NCBI GenBank assembly: GCA_038087875.1
Contig: CM075988.1
Location: 11,596,001 to 11,660,000 of the forward strand
DNA: 64,000 bases
Reading direction: 5' to 3'
DNA from: Malacoraja senta
Taxonomy: Eukaryota
The notes under the pieces: model-generated
What the model was told of the DNA's origin: nothing
Databases searched by the model: none
What the model saw: the letters and a program-made list of their open reading frames with translations, nothing else
Position numbers and translations under genes: made by a program
Part shown: positions 1 to 11,436 of the stretch, piece by piece
Numbering within the stretch: the first letter of the stretch is position 1
Layout of the letters: each line of letters begins with the position of its first letter

Positions 1-933
1 AATGAACGGCTTAACAGAAGAAGCAGTTTGGCATTGTCTGATGCCCAGTTGGAACGTATGAATGATTCAGCAAACTTCACCATGTTGTTTTGATGTTTAT
101 TGAGCTTGTGTTTGGTGGATGCCCCAGTTTTACATGCAACTATTCAATAAAACAGGTGGACATGAAGCCTATTTTCAGGCACAGAATGTGAAGTCACCTT
201 CAGATTGAAGGCATGAACAGTATTGACACAGGTAGCATGAGGCCAGGTGCTAAAGTTTATTGGCAGGGTTGCCTTGTTAGATAGTGAAACATTTTCTATA
301 ATGGGTGTGTAATATTGGTCTTGAGTGAAAGGGGCAAGTAATAATGTTTGTAACACCCTAGAACTGTCTTGAGTGTTCAAATCAAATGCCTTGTTTATTT
401 TAGCTGCAACAGATCTTTTCACCTGTCTTATTTGGAGCTTAAGAGATACCAAATTATTCATGACATTAAATTAATTTTAAAATTAAAGGACATTTGCCCT
501 TTGACTTACAAAGGTTTCGAATAAAAAATTACAATGTATTGTTTAAAAGCCTGAAGTCATTTTTCTTAAAATTTCCTCCTCGGTGTGATAACATTCAATG
601 TTTGGGAGCATCATTGAACCTGGGATGACATAGCAAAACTATGAATCATAGGACATGGGATGACTGCAAAACAATAATGTGTTTGCTGGGGTCCTGAGAT
701 GGCAGGTGGGATGGCTACTTTTCCAGACAGTATGCAGTGAAATTAGGCCACAATCTCTCAGGATTGTTTTTCCTACAGTTTAACCCATTAAGTACTGAAA
801 TGTTTTAGAAAGGCAGGAAATCAAATCAAATGCATCCTTCTGCATTTGTGCCCACACAGCTCCTTTTTTTTTTAGAAGAACCCAATATTTGTTATATGCC
901 AGAGGATCTGATTTAAAATGTCATTGTTTTGTT

Positions 934-1134
934 GAAAATAGACACAAAAAGCTGGAGTAACTCAGCGGGACAGGCAGCATCTCTGGAGAGAAGGAATGGG
1001 TGACATTTCGGGTCAAGACCCTTCTTCGGTCTCCCATTCCTTCTCCCCACAGATGCTGCCTGTCCCGCTGAGTTACTCCGGCCTTTTGTATCTATCTTCG
1101 GTTTAAACCAGCATCTGCAGTTCCTTCCTACTTA
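934..1134. mobile_element. Palindromic Penelope-derived short element (hammerhead-bearing family A)
   Basis: Inverted arms GCTGGAGTAACTCAGCGGGACAGGCAGCATCT / AGATGCTGCCTGTCCCGCTGAGTTACTCC; 11-bp TSD ATTGTTTTGTT at 923-933 and 1135-1145. Confidence 0.85.
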
Positions 1135-1877
1135 ATTGTTTTGTTTTTTAGTTCCCTATCGGTGTAGTGCTGATGAAACCTTCCTTTGATGGTTTTTCAC
1201 AGATTTACACACTCAATGCTAAAAGAGATTGGGAAATTAATTTAATAGTTGAACTAGAAGTGGCCATCAGTCTTGATTGCACTTCCGCAGTATTCCACAT
1301 GCCCTTTATTTGTCAGTCAGTTGAGTAGACTAATTCACAATCCCAAGTACTGGTAAATAAAGCATAAAGAAGGGATTTACAGTAAATGCTATGTAAACAG
1401 GGAAGGATCAAAGCAAACTGCATCAATCTACTGAACAATGTTGTTTTTAATTTTTCAATTCTGTATGTTACCACAAAAGTGCCCAAACGTGCTGTCCTTT
1501 CAAGATGATTTCACTGTTATTTTTGCCAAATCATCTAGTCTTGTCTCTCAACCCAGAACCACAATCGCAACAGGGACAGAGCCCCCCTAGTCCTTACCTT
1601 TCACCCCATCAGCCGTCGCATACAACACATAATCCTCCGACATTTTCTCCACCTCAATGGGGTCCCAACACCAGTCACATCTTCCCATTTCCACCCCTTT
1701 CCGCCTTCTGCAGAGACTGTTTCCCTCCGCAACTCTCTGGTTAACTCGCCCCTTCCCACCCAAACTACCATCTCCCCAGGTACCTTCCCTCACAGGAGAT
1801 GCAACACCTGTCCCTGCACCTCCTCCCTTGACTCTGTCCAGGGACCCCCGACAGTCATTTCAGGTGAGGCAGACGTT

Positions 1878-2010
1878 CGGCGGAGTGTTTAATGTTTTAT
1901 GTGTCATTCATAACGGTCACTGTATGTCATGTTGTCACTTGCGGGCGGAGCACCAAGGCAAATTCCTTGTATGTGAATATACTTGGCCAATAAACGTATT
2001 CATTCATTCA
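1878..2010 (+). mobile_element. Short LINE 3' end (L2/Rex-like, (ATTC)n tail) nested in the Penelope fragment
   Basis: Interrupts the Penelope sequence between ...GACGTTC and ACTTGCACC..., which are contiguous in the 35 kb copy; ends AATAAA-CGT-(ATTC)3. Confidence 0.7.
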
Positions 2011-2307
2011 CTTGCACCTCCTCCAACCTCATCTACTGTATCTGTTGTTCAAAATGTGGACTCTTATACATCAGCAAGCCCAAACGTAGATTGGGCGATA
2101 TTTTTGCTGATTACCTTCGCTCACTCCGCCTGGACCTACCTAATCTCCCGGTTGCTAAACACTTTAATTCTCCTTCCCATTCCCACACTGACCTTTCTGT
2201 CCTAGGTCCATTGTCAAAGTGAGGCCAAATACAAATTGGAGGAACAGCATATTTTATTTTGCTTGGGTATGAATATTGATTTCTCTAACTTCAAGTATCC
2301 CCAGCAT

Positions 2308-2310
<3 letters not shown>

Positions 2311-2369
<59 letters not shown>
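2311..2369. repeat. (CT)n microsatellite
   Basis: Perfect CT dinucleotide run. Confidence 0.98.
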
Positions 2370-2374
<5 letters not shown>

Positions 2375-2533
2375 ATCCCCCACCCAAGTCTCACTAGCTT
2401 CTCGTTTCACCCAACAAACAGCTAATAATGACCTGTTTCCTTTATCATCGTTACATTTCAGCATATCTTTCATTCATTGTTCTTTATCTCTCTACATCAT
2501 CATCTGTATCTCTCATTTCCCTGTCCCCTGTCT

Positions 2534-2568
2534 AGTCTGAAGAAGGGTCTCGACCCGAAACATCACCC
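2534..2568 (+). ncRNA. Minimal type I hammerhead ribozyme motif (CpG-decayed copy)
   Basis: CUGAAGA, stem II GGGUC/GACCC, then GAAAC(A)UC; the consensus of other copies has GAAACGUC. Confidence 0.7.
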
Positions 2569-2854
2569 ATTCCTTCTCTCCAGAGATGCTGCCTGTTCCG
2601 CTGTGTTACTCCAGCTTATTGTGTCTAACCACTGTTCCCAATCTTCTCATGGGACATGGATACATTGGGCTGAAGCCCCTGTTTCTGTACTGTATGACTC
2701 CATGACTATGAAAGTTTGAGAATCAAATATGGCCAATCATCTTGACTTTCCAAATCCTGGGCTGAATTCTTTCTCACGGTTTTTGGAGTTAATAAAACTA
2801 GAAAAAGGGTTTTTGCCAGCTGTAAAACCTGGCTTGTTTAATTTAAATACTATC

Positions 2855-2911
2855 ATGTGTATATATATGTGTGTGTGTATGTATATATATATGTGTGTGT
2901 GTATATATATA
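2855..2911. repeat. (TA)n/(TG)n compound microsatellite
   Basis: Visible dinucleotide runs. Confidence 0.9.
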
Positions 2912-3064
2912 TTGGCATAATATTTGGAGATATTAAAGTATAACACAGTAATTTAAACAAAGCAAATTCATTCCCTCCCTCCTAATCTGAGATACTACAG
3001 ACACCAGTGGGATTAATGGGAGTCTTGGATTTAACACATGGTCTGACCTGGTCCAAAAGGTGAC

Positions 3065-3375
3065 AGCGTCATAGTCATATAGCACAGAAACAGGTCCTTC
3101 AGGTGAACTCATCCATGTTGATTAAGATGTCCCATGTAACTTCGTCCTGTTTGCCCACATTTGGCTTGTATGCCTCGAATCCTTTCCTATCCCATGTACC
3201 TGTCCATGTGTCTTTTAACTGGTGTTACTGTATCTGCCTCAACGACGTTTCCAGCAACACGTTCCATATACCCGCCACCCTCTAAGTGAAAAAGTTCCAC
3301 TGCTGGTTCGTATTAAATCTTACCCCCTCTCAACTTAAACATATTTCCTTTTTTGATTCCCCCAACCTGGGTAAA
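3065..3375 (-). mobile_element. CR1 LINE 3' end fragment
   Basis: Similar to the other CR1 3' ends at 37.6, 39.6 and 51.5 kb (GAAACAGG.CCTTC...GTGAAAAAGTT). Confidence 0.75.
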
Positions 3376-3431
3376 ATATTCCTCTTCCTTCATCAGGTGA
3401 CTTCACTGAAAGTCCAGTCACAAAGTGAACT

Positions 3432-3557
3432 CTGGATAGAAGGAATGAGTGATGTTTCGGGTCGAGACCCTTCTCCAGTCTGAAGAAGGTCTTGGCCCAA
3501 AATGTTATTCATTCCTTCTATCTAGAGATGTAAACCAGCATCTGCAGTTCCTTCATG
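3432..3557. mobile_element. Internally deleted palindromic hammerhead element
   Basis: Opposed cores ...GAGACCCTTCTCCAG / CTGAAGAAGG...; 13-bp TSD CACAAAGTGAACT at 3419-3431 and 3558-3570. Confidence 0.8.
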
Positions 3558-4234
3558 CACAAAGTGAACTGATGTATTTATTTTTCCAAAGTTGTAAATT
3601 AGTCCCACATTTCTGCATTTTGCATTTTCAAGAGTTTCTGCAGTTTCAGCAGCTTGAACTCCAATGGTCCTGATTGGCACAGGTAGAAATAACTGGCAAG
3701 ATTGAGGCCTAAACTTAATTTAGATTGAGAACTGTCACTTTCTCTACATATTGCATTTGTCTGAATGCCAAGGCAACACATTCTGAGATCCAAAATCTTA
3801 TTGTTTAATCCATCCTTGAGGATACATCAAAGGCTTGCATTCAACATTCTGTTCCCTAAATAACTCGACATGTATTATGGATAATGCAATAATGTTTAAA
3901 CATGCCTCGGTAATCTCTTTCATGGTTGAAATCCAATTCTTAAACTTTAATTATTAAGTAGGTTTGTTTTAAAACTAAGTGCGTGCAGTATGTCTTTTCT
4001 CATACAAGGTAATGCCTGTCACACATTGTTAGAGAATGAATGCTTATTTAGATATACTTTGCTGAGAAGGGCAATGATGCAAGAACTCAGTGCTGCAGAG
4101 GTCTGGATTCTGTAGGAATAATGGTTTAACATATGTATCATGCTGCTGGAACTCTACTCCTTTGTCACTGCTGCAGTTCAAAATATCACAAGTATTAGAT
4201 TAGTCACAAGGTATAACACAAGTATTAGTATAGA

Positions 4235-4372
4235 CCTACAGGTTCATAGGTTAATTGGCTAGGTATAATGGTCAAATTGTCCCTAGTATGTGTAGGATAG
4301 TGTTAGAGTGCGGGGATCACGTGTACTTGGTGGGCTGAAGGGCCTGTTTCCACACTGTATCTCTAAAATAAA
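4235..4372 (+). mobile_element. HE1/V-SINE 3' portion
   Basis: TAGGTTAATTGGC...GGGCTGAAGGGCCTGTTTCC...GTATCTCTAAA, shared with the full copies. Confidence 0.8.
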
Positions 4373-4567
4373 CTCTTAGATTTATGCTAACATTTTTGCT
4401 CCATCTCTCAGAATCCAATATCTAAGCCCTGAAATTTAAAATACAAGACATTTATTCATAAAAAATAAAGAAGAAGAAATAGACTATTTATGTTTTCACC
4501 AAAATAGTTTAATAGTACTTTTTTTTATCATGGGTACCAAGACGAAGCAAATTTTTTTTGCATACAA

Positions 4568-4900
4568 GGAATAGATAGGGTGAATGCACAGAATGTTTTA
4601 CTCCGAGCAGGGGAATAAAGATCTAGAGGACATAGGTTTAAGGGGAGAAGGGAAAGATGGGAACCTAAGAGGCAATCTTTTTCACACACAGGTTGGTGGG
4701 TGTATGGAAGTAGCTGCCTGAGTAGGTAGATGAGACGGGTAATATAACAACATTTAAAAGGCATTTGGACAGGTACATAGATGAAAGGTTTAGAGAGATA
4801 TGTGTGAAACATGGGCTGGTGGAACTAGCATGGATGTGGCATCTTGGTCAGCAGGGGCAAGTTGAGCCAAAGGGCCTATTTCCACGCAGCATGACTCTAA
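4568..4900 (+). mobile_element. CR1 LINE 3' end fragment
   Basis: CR1 ORF2 C-terminal and 3' UTR motifs ending AAGGGCCTATTTCC...CATGACTCTA. Confidence 0.75.
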
Positions 4901-6270
4901 TCAGTGAAATCATACAATGCATGAGGACAATCATACATAAGTAAAAAAAACTGTCATGACCGGGGAGTGCGTGTAAAAAAACAAATAAATAAATAAATAA
5001 ATAAATAAACTAGATTTCTTATAAGACAGTATACAAAGTCGCCATGCTTATGGCGCATTGTTGTACCTTTCAAGTATCAAGTTCTTAAAAATATTGAGTC
5101 TTATCTTGGCTTTAAATGCACGTTGTCCCAGCGGCGGTACTGGGTTTGTGATGCTGTCTGTGTTGTCCTCTGCTGCTCCGCCGTTCCATGCCACAACAGG
5201 CCAGGGGACATGTAAATGAGGACTTGTGGGTTCTGCACCTGAGGACTTTCTTCCAAAGTCCATTTGGCCCTTCAAGCTCAATATGTCAGAGTTGCAGAAC
5301 TGTCCCTAAACCTGATGTTAGCACACAATGAAAAACAAGCAGAGTCCGTCTCTTCATCTTATTGCAAAAGCAACATCCATTCCATGTTCCAGGCAAGGTC
5401 AGCAGAAGATTTGATAACACTGCAGTTTTGTATATCTTTTCCCAGCCCTCTCAAACCTGGCTTTCTGCAGAATAAACAAGGGATGAACTAAAGGTGGAAT
5501 GTTGCTGTCAACCACAGCAAAGTCAATTGTAGTGACCTTGCTCCTGGTCGATCAAATCGTGTTGAAGTAGGGGAGGCTGAAGGCAAATGGGGCGAGTGTA
5601 TAAGTCTTTGTACTTGTGATATGCCGGGTCATGCTTTAATCATTTCAATGGCTGCACTCGCAATCCCAGTTCTCCATGTGACGATGAGCATGCTACTTGA
5701 GTTTGTTTCTTGTTCGGCCATCTCATGTATAATATTAAAGTGCCAGGCATCATCAGAAAGAGCTGGCTCTATTTGTACTGGAAGTGCAGGTCATTAAATG
5801 GCAATATGATTTTTCATGGTTGCCGTCCACGGCATCATCTGAAACATTGATGCTCTTATTGGATGCATCCGAAATCTAACCACACTTGACCACAAAAGTG
5901 AGAAACAAGGGGAATTTGGTTATTGTGAGAAGGAGAAAAATAATGGCTTGCTTTTATCAGAATGTCTCCAATACCCTATATTGATTTGTGACTTGTGGTT
6001 GCACTCCATGTGATCCATAATGGGTAAGTAGTTCCAATAATTTCAATGAATGATCCGGGCACAAATTGCACTCAAAATTGTGCAGGTTTCGGGAAATGGC
6101 CTTTTTAATCACATTAGCGAACTGCTGAATAAGAAGCTAAAGCAATGAAAAAGGCTGCTGGGGGTTTTAGTAATTAGTAATTTAATAAATTTTTAGTTTT
6201 AGTAATTTATAAATTATTTTTCAAAGTTTGCTTGAAGATGTATTCCGTGGGACATGTGATGGTAATCTGA

Positions 6271-6369
6271 GGTAGACAAAAATCCTGGAGAAACTCAGCG
6301 GGTGAGGCAGCATCTATGGAGGGAAGGAAATGGGCAACGTTTCGTGTCGAAACCCTTCTTCAGACTTCA
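6271..6369 (-). mobile_element. Single-arm hammerhead element (family B)
   Basis: Minus-strand core CTGAAGAAGGGTTTCGACACGAAACGTTG; perfect 13-bp TSD GATGGTAATCTGA at 6258-6270 and 6370-6382. Confidence 0.85.
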
Positions 6370-6940
6370 GATGGTAATCTGATGCAGCTTGATTAATGCA
6401 TCATGATGATGATAATGATGATGATAATTAAAGTTATCATTAGAAGGTGAGCACCTCTGATGTATCCCGATTTTACTAAACCAACAGCAATTAAAACAAA
6501 GTCATGCAGGATCATTAATGGCCCACCTGCATACAGCTGACAATTCCTTTGTTAAATAACCAAATAACTTCACAGATTTTAAAATGTGACCTTGCTCCTT
6601 AAAAAGATTTATATTAAGAACTTCAACAAAGTCCAGCATATCAACTTCAGTGGAAATTGTAATTATGTTTGACGTAGAGACAAGGGCATGTTTCATTGAG
6701 AAGTGTTGGCGCAGCAGTTAAGTGGCCAAACTGTAGAACTAATGGCTAGGAGGAGCACTTCAGAGTCTTGAATTCAAATCCCTACGTTGGGAAATTTACA
6801 TTCATAAGTAAATGCTTTTATTAAAAAATGTAACTAATATGATGATCTCAAATTTATCAGATTCCTTTGAAATCTGTCTGATTTGCTCATGTTCTTTGGA
6901 GATCCTCCACTCCTGGCCAAAGTCCAATTTGTTCCAAGGT

Positions 6941-7081
6941 CTTATTCTTCTTGCATATGGCGTGCACAGCCTAAACTTGTAGGACAACTTGTTCCATTTG
7001 ATCGTATTTGATTGTGCACACTGGCTTGATTGCATTCGTCGAAACAGGACGGACCACATGAAGGTTGCAATCTTCCACACC
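6941..7081 (-). mobile_element. Short retroposon with a 5' HDV-like ribozyme and (AAG)n tail, family 1
   Basis: Near-identical to 19552-19689 and to the partial copy at 17314-17380; 5' end folds as an HDV-like double pseudoknot. Confidence 0.8.
7028..7081 (-). ncRNA. Minimal HDV-like ribozyme
   Basis: GGUGUGG(P1) AA GAUUGCA(P2) ACC(P3) UUCAUGU(L3) GGU(P3') CCGUCCU(P1') G UUUCGA CGAA(J4/2) UGCAAUC(P2'); one P1 mismatch. Confidence 0.75.
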
Positions 7082-7691
7082 AGACATACTGCCTGACCCA
7101 CAGTTACTGTAGCACTTGGTGTCTTTTTTTGATGAATTGAACCTCAGTTCATAAATCGCTAAAAGTAGCTGAAAGTGAGTTGGCATAATAAAAGGTGACA
7201 CAGTGTGTTTCTCAACCATTGTTGATCCAACCTAATGCTGTAATTAATTCATCTTGATATTTGCCTTGAGTCTATTTTGTCCACTCATCAGTGCAAGGCT
7301 CCATCTTGACATCCTTATGAGTTGCAAATTTGTTAAAAGTGTCAGTTTTTTTTTTAATGAACAGTGTATACCCTCCTGAGATTGTAAATATGTTATCCAC
7401 ACAATAATTGCATTTGAAGCTTTTGCACAATTGACTTTGAATGAATGTTTCTGGGAAAATTTGCAAACGAGTAAAAATGTGGGTTAAAAATAGAACAGCT
7501 AATGGTGTGTGGTTGCAAGACCAAGGTCAATGATTCAGCCAGGCCACCTTCATTAGAATGAATGTTCTGTCATGCCAGAAAGGTTAACGCATTAGTTTAT
7601 CTGTTCTCAAATGTCGAACACCTGATTTGCAATTTCATAACATTCCTCTTGTTTGCTTTTCCATGCTGCTATCTGGTAGATAAGAAAGGAA

Positions 7692-7913
7692 GGTAGACAA
7701 AAGTGCTGGAGAAACTCAGTGGGTGCAGCAGCATCTATGGAGCGAAGGAAATGGGCAACGTTTCAGGCCGAAACCCTTCTTCAGACTGGAGAAGGGTTTC
7801 AGCCCAAAACGTTGCCTATTTCCTTCGCTCCATAGATGCTGTTGCACCCGCTGAGTTTCTCCAGCATTTTTGTCTACCTTTGATTTTCCAGCATCTGCAG
7901 TTCCTTCTTAAAC
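7692..7913. mobile_element. Full palindromic hammerhead element (family B)
   Basis: Inverted arms of ~90 bp with opposed cores; 14-bp TSD AGATAAGAAAGGAA at 7678-7691 and 7914-7927. Confidence 0.88.
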
Positions 7914-8639
7914 AGATAAGAAAGGAATATATATTAGGATCTAACCCAGGTTTCCTGTGGGTTTTAACACGTGGGCATGCTAGCGGGTAAGGAGTGGACT
8001 TGTAACCTGAACGTTTGGATCTAGGTGGTGATTGTCAGTTGTGGACACAAGTAACTGCAAATGTTGGTTTACAATAAAAGACACAAAGTGCTGGAGTAAC
8101 TCTGAGTCGGCTTTGGGATCAGCACCACAGGTGTTAAAGTGTCAACCTTGCAGTTCCAGATGACTATGCAACGGTTTGGGACTTGCAGATTTGGAGGCCT
8201 GAATCTGACCATTTGCTCAACATGAAGTCCAATTTTGCTGTGATTCTCAAGCTTGATGTTGGACTATCAATTTGTGAATCAGATCAGAAATATGTTTTTG
8301 GTCCTTTGTTGTCCCTGGGTTTAAATCCTGAATCAGCCAACCCAACAGTATTTTGGAAAGTCTTTCACCAGAAGCAGTGCAGCAATTCAAAACCTCCTCA
8401 AGGGCTATTTCAGACGGATACTAAATGCCTGAAGTCCTGCAGCCACCCAGAATCTAACAATGAATATAAAATATACATTCCAGTGGGACAGTTTGACATG
8501 ATTTAGAAGGCAAAGGAAAGTTGTTTCCTTCTGAAATCAGTTTGTTTTACTTTGGGAGTTATTTATTAATGTGTTGTGTGTTTTTATCTAGAGTTGTCAA
8601 GGATTTAGATTAGAATGGAAATATATCCCTGAGAACTGT

Positions 8640-9420
8640 TCAAGTGCACTCTGTTGACATTGAGGGAAGCTAGGGAAGAAACTGGTGGGCCATGAGCACA
8701 GATATCTGCATCATCAATTGCCTCCGGGAAGATTGGAGGGTGGCTAATGTTCTTCTTCTATTTAAGTTAGGCCTAAGGAAAACCCTGGGAACAACAAACC
8801 AGTGAGTATTGGAAGGGTTTCTGAGAGGCAGGATCTTGTGTGCATTTCGAAAGCCATGGAGTGATTAAGGATAATTAGCTTTGTGCATGGAAAATCATGT
8901 CTCACTGATTTGAATCAGTTTTTTGAAGAGGTAACAAAGAAGCTTGTTGAGGGGAGTGAGGTAGTGTTGTCAAAGTGGATTATTGAAAGGCCTTTGACAA
9001 TGTACTACATGGTACTCTGGATCGAAAGATTAGATCATGTGGATTCCGAGGCAAGCGGGCCAAATGGATATAAATACAAAATGCTCAGACGATGATAGAA
9101 GATTTTTTTTCAGTCGTTCAGTATATAAACAATTTGTATGTGAATGTAGATGACGTTGTTACTCAGTTGGTGGATTTCACTAAAATTGGTGATATACTGG
9201 ACAGTGAAAAAGCTTTTCTACAATTACAATGCAATCTTGATCAACTGGGCCAATAGTCTGAGGAATGGCAGACAGTGTTTAATTCAGATAACAGTAGGGT
9301 GCTGGATTTTGATGGGACATATCAGGACAGGACATGAATAGGCATGTGGGACTGGATCGCTTAAGAAGCTTGGTTGGCATGGAAGAGTTGGGCCAAAGGA
9401 CGTGTTTTCATGCTGTATAC
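8640..9420 (+). mobile_element. Old CR1 RT relic
   Basis: Fragment GKSCLTDLNQFFEEVTK matches the CR1 RT motif GKSCLTNLIAFFEDVT; many stops and deletions. Confidence 0.8.
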
Positions 9421-9499
9421 AATCAGGAGATGTCCATTTGATGTTCTTTCTAAATGCATATTAGAAATTGCACCACCTCCACCATTTAGTAATGTCAAT

Positions 9500-10010
9500 T
9501 CTGGCTTTGTATCTCAGCCTCGCTTATCTGTACTAATTACACATCCCTTATTTCCTTAAAATCCAAAATTCTATTGATATCTGTATTGACTATCATCAGT
9601 GACTGTTCTTCCAGAGGCATTTCACTGGAGAATTCCAAATTTTCAATACACTTTGCTGAAGAAATTTATTTATAACTCTGAGTCTTTATTTTGAGAAACT
9701 GTGATCGTAGTTTCCGGATACCACAGCCAGGGCAACATCATTCCTGCGACTATTCTGTCAACCTGCAAGATTGTTGTGTGTTTCAATGAGATCAAGTCAC
9801 ATTTATTTGAACTCTTGAGTGTGTAGGTCAGTTTGCTAAATCTCCCCTCGTAGGAAAATTCTCCCAAGAATCAACTTGGCAAACTTTCACTGCACTCCCT
9901 CTATCACCAATGTATATTTTCTTTATGAGAGGAGAACCAGACCTGCGGACAATATTCTCATGAGATCTGACCAGGGCTCTATGTAACTGCTGCAAAACAT
10001 CTTTACTCAA
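9500..10010 (-). mobile_element. Old CR1 ORF2 C-terminal relic
   Basis: Fragments SKDVLQQLHRALVRSH and FSYEGRFSKL match CR1 C-terminal motifs. Confidence 0.75.
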
Positions 10011-10249
10011 ACCTTTTTGTTCTCTTTTTTAATTGTGTACTTATCTGCATTTTAATTTTCCCTTATTCATCCACAAGGAAATCCATTCTCCTTTGAAAGT
10101 CAACACTTTCCCACAAATCTCTCAGTACTTTCTCACAAATCTCTCAGTAAATTAAGATCAATTGCAGCTTTTCACACTGGCAATGGCCCAGCTTGTGCTG
10201 TGCCGGTTGCCAAAAACTCTCGGGGACACCTCTGGCCACTATCTCTGCT

Positions 10250-10346
10250 CAGACCAGTCTGAAGAAGGGTCTCGACCCGAAAAGTCCCCCATTCCTTCTC
10301 TCCAGAGATGCTGCCTGTCCCACTGAGTTACTCAAGCCTTTTGTGT
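10250..10346 (+). mobile_element. Single-arm hammerhead element (family A)
   Basis: CTGAAGAAGGGTCTCGACCCGAAAAGTC; 11-bp direct repeat CTATCTCTGCT at 10239-10249 and 10347-10357. Confidence 0.8.
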
Positions 10347-11118
10347 CTATCTCTGCTAAGACTCTGCTGGACTGAGAGACTTTGGGGACCGTGTGAAGAG
10401 TAGTAGGATAACTCTTCTACATATGAAGAGAATAAGTGAAAGGTATGAGGTTGCCACAAATGGCAATAGATTCATATAGCACAGAAAGAGGCCCTTCAAC
10501 CCACCATGCCCATGCTGATTATGGACTACCCATCATAACTAAATGCATTAACAACAGTTGGTCTATAATCTTAAATGTTTCAGCAATTTACAGTGCTAAT
10601 CGAGATACTTCTCAAATGTCATGAGAAAACCAATTTCCACCACCATTCAGGTAGTGTGCTCCACAGATTCCATGCAAGGATATAGTGCCAGGAAATCTGG
10701 TCCACTCTCTTGAGAAAGACCTGATCGACTCCACATTTAAATTTACTGTCCTGAGATTTTGTACGTCCAAGATTTTGACACTTGTTCATGCAGATACAAG
10801 ATTTGATCAATATTAATTGAGGAGTTTCTCAGCAATTAACTTTTGGTCAGCACTCGGTATCATTGATCACTGGGAGCAGGCATCATCCTGGTTCAGCTGC
10901 ACAGAGCAGACTGCCGATGCTGGTGATAATGCTGCAGAAGCAAGAAGACCATAAGTGAGCTGATCTACAAAAACAAACCCAATTCTTTGTGGAACCGAGA
11001 TCGAAAGGAAAAATGTGCTTCCGACCATCATTACTGTGAGTCTTAGAGTTCCGTGTCCAATTGGTGCTTCCTTAATATGTAAGACCACCAGGTAATTTCA
11101 ATCAAGAAAATGTTGTGG

Positions 11119-11436
11119 GTGGCAGGCAGAGTGGTGCAGCTGGTTGAGCCGCTGCCTCATAGTGCCAGAAACCTGGGTTTGATCCTGACCTCGGGTGCTG
11201 TCTATGTGGAGTTTGCACATTCTCCCTGTCCCCGCATGGGTTTCCTCCGGGTGCTCCAGTTTCCTTCTGCATCCCAAAGACATGTGGGACTGTAGGTTAA
11301 TTGGCCTCTGTAAACTGCCCTTGGTGTGAAGGGAGAGGATGAGAATGTGGGATAACAGAACTAGGGTGAACGGGTGATTGATGGTCAGCATGAACTCGAT
11401 GGGACGAAGGGCTTGTGATTTCATGTTGCATCTTGA
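11119..11436 (+). mobile_element. HE1/V-SINE (tRNA-derived)
   Basis: A-box-like TGGTGCAGCTGG, B-box-like GGTTTGATCC, V-domain GGAGTTTGCACATTCTCCC...GGGTTTCCTCCGGGTGCTCC, CR1-like tail. Confidence 0.85.

Larger units (their letters stand above)
1555..2630 (+). mobile_element. Penelope-like element 3' fragment: decayed GIY-YIG endonuclease region plus 3' terminal repeat with a hammerhead motif
   Basis: Frameshifted translation HIFPFPPLSAFCRD...FTCTSSNLIYCICCSKCGLLYISKPKRRLGD...PVAKHFNSPSHSHTDLSVLG resembles the C-terminal GIY-YIG domain of vertebrate Penelope-like elements; followed by CTGAAGA-GGGTC/GACCC-GAAA. Confidence 0.88.

Noticed and set aside
1..55. Possible exon end NERLNRRSSLALSDAQLE followed by GTATGA
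   Set aside because: Acceptor lies outside the window, the peptide is not recognised, and it cannot be chained to other candidates into a known protein
144..461. 105-aa minus-strand ORF
   Set aside because: No recognisable domain or splice context; length is compatible with chance
11119..11200. tRNA-like sequences at SINE heads
   Set aside because: Degenerate SINE promoters without a complete cloverleaf; not tRNA genes
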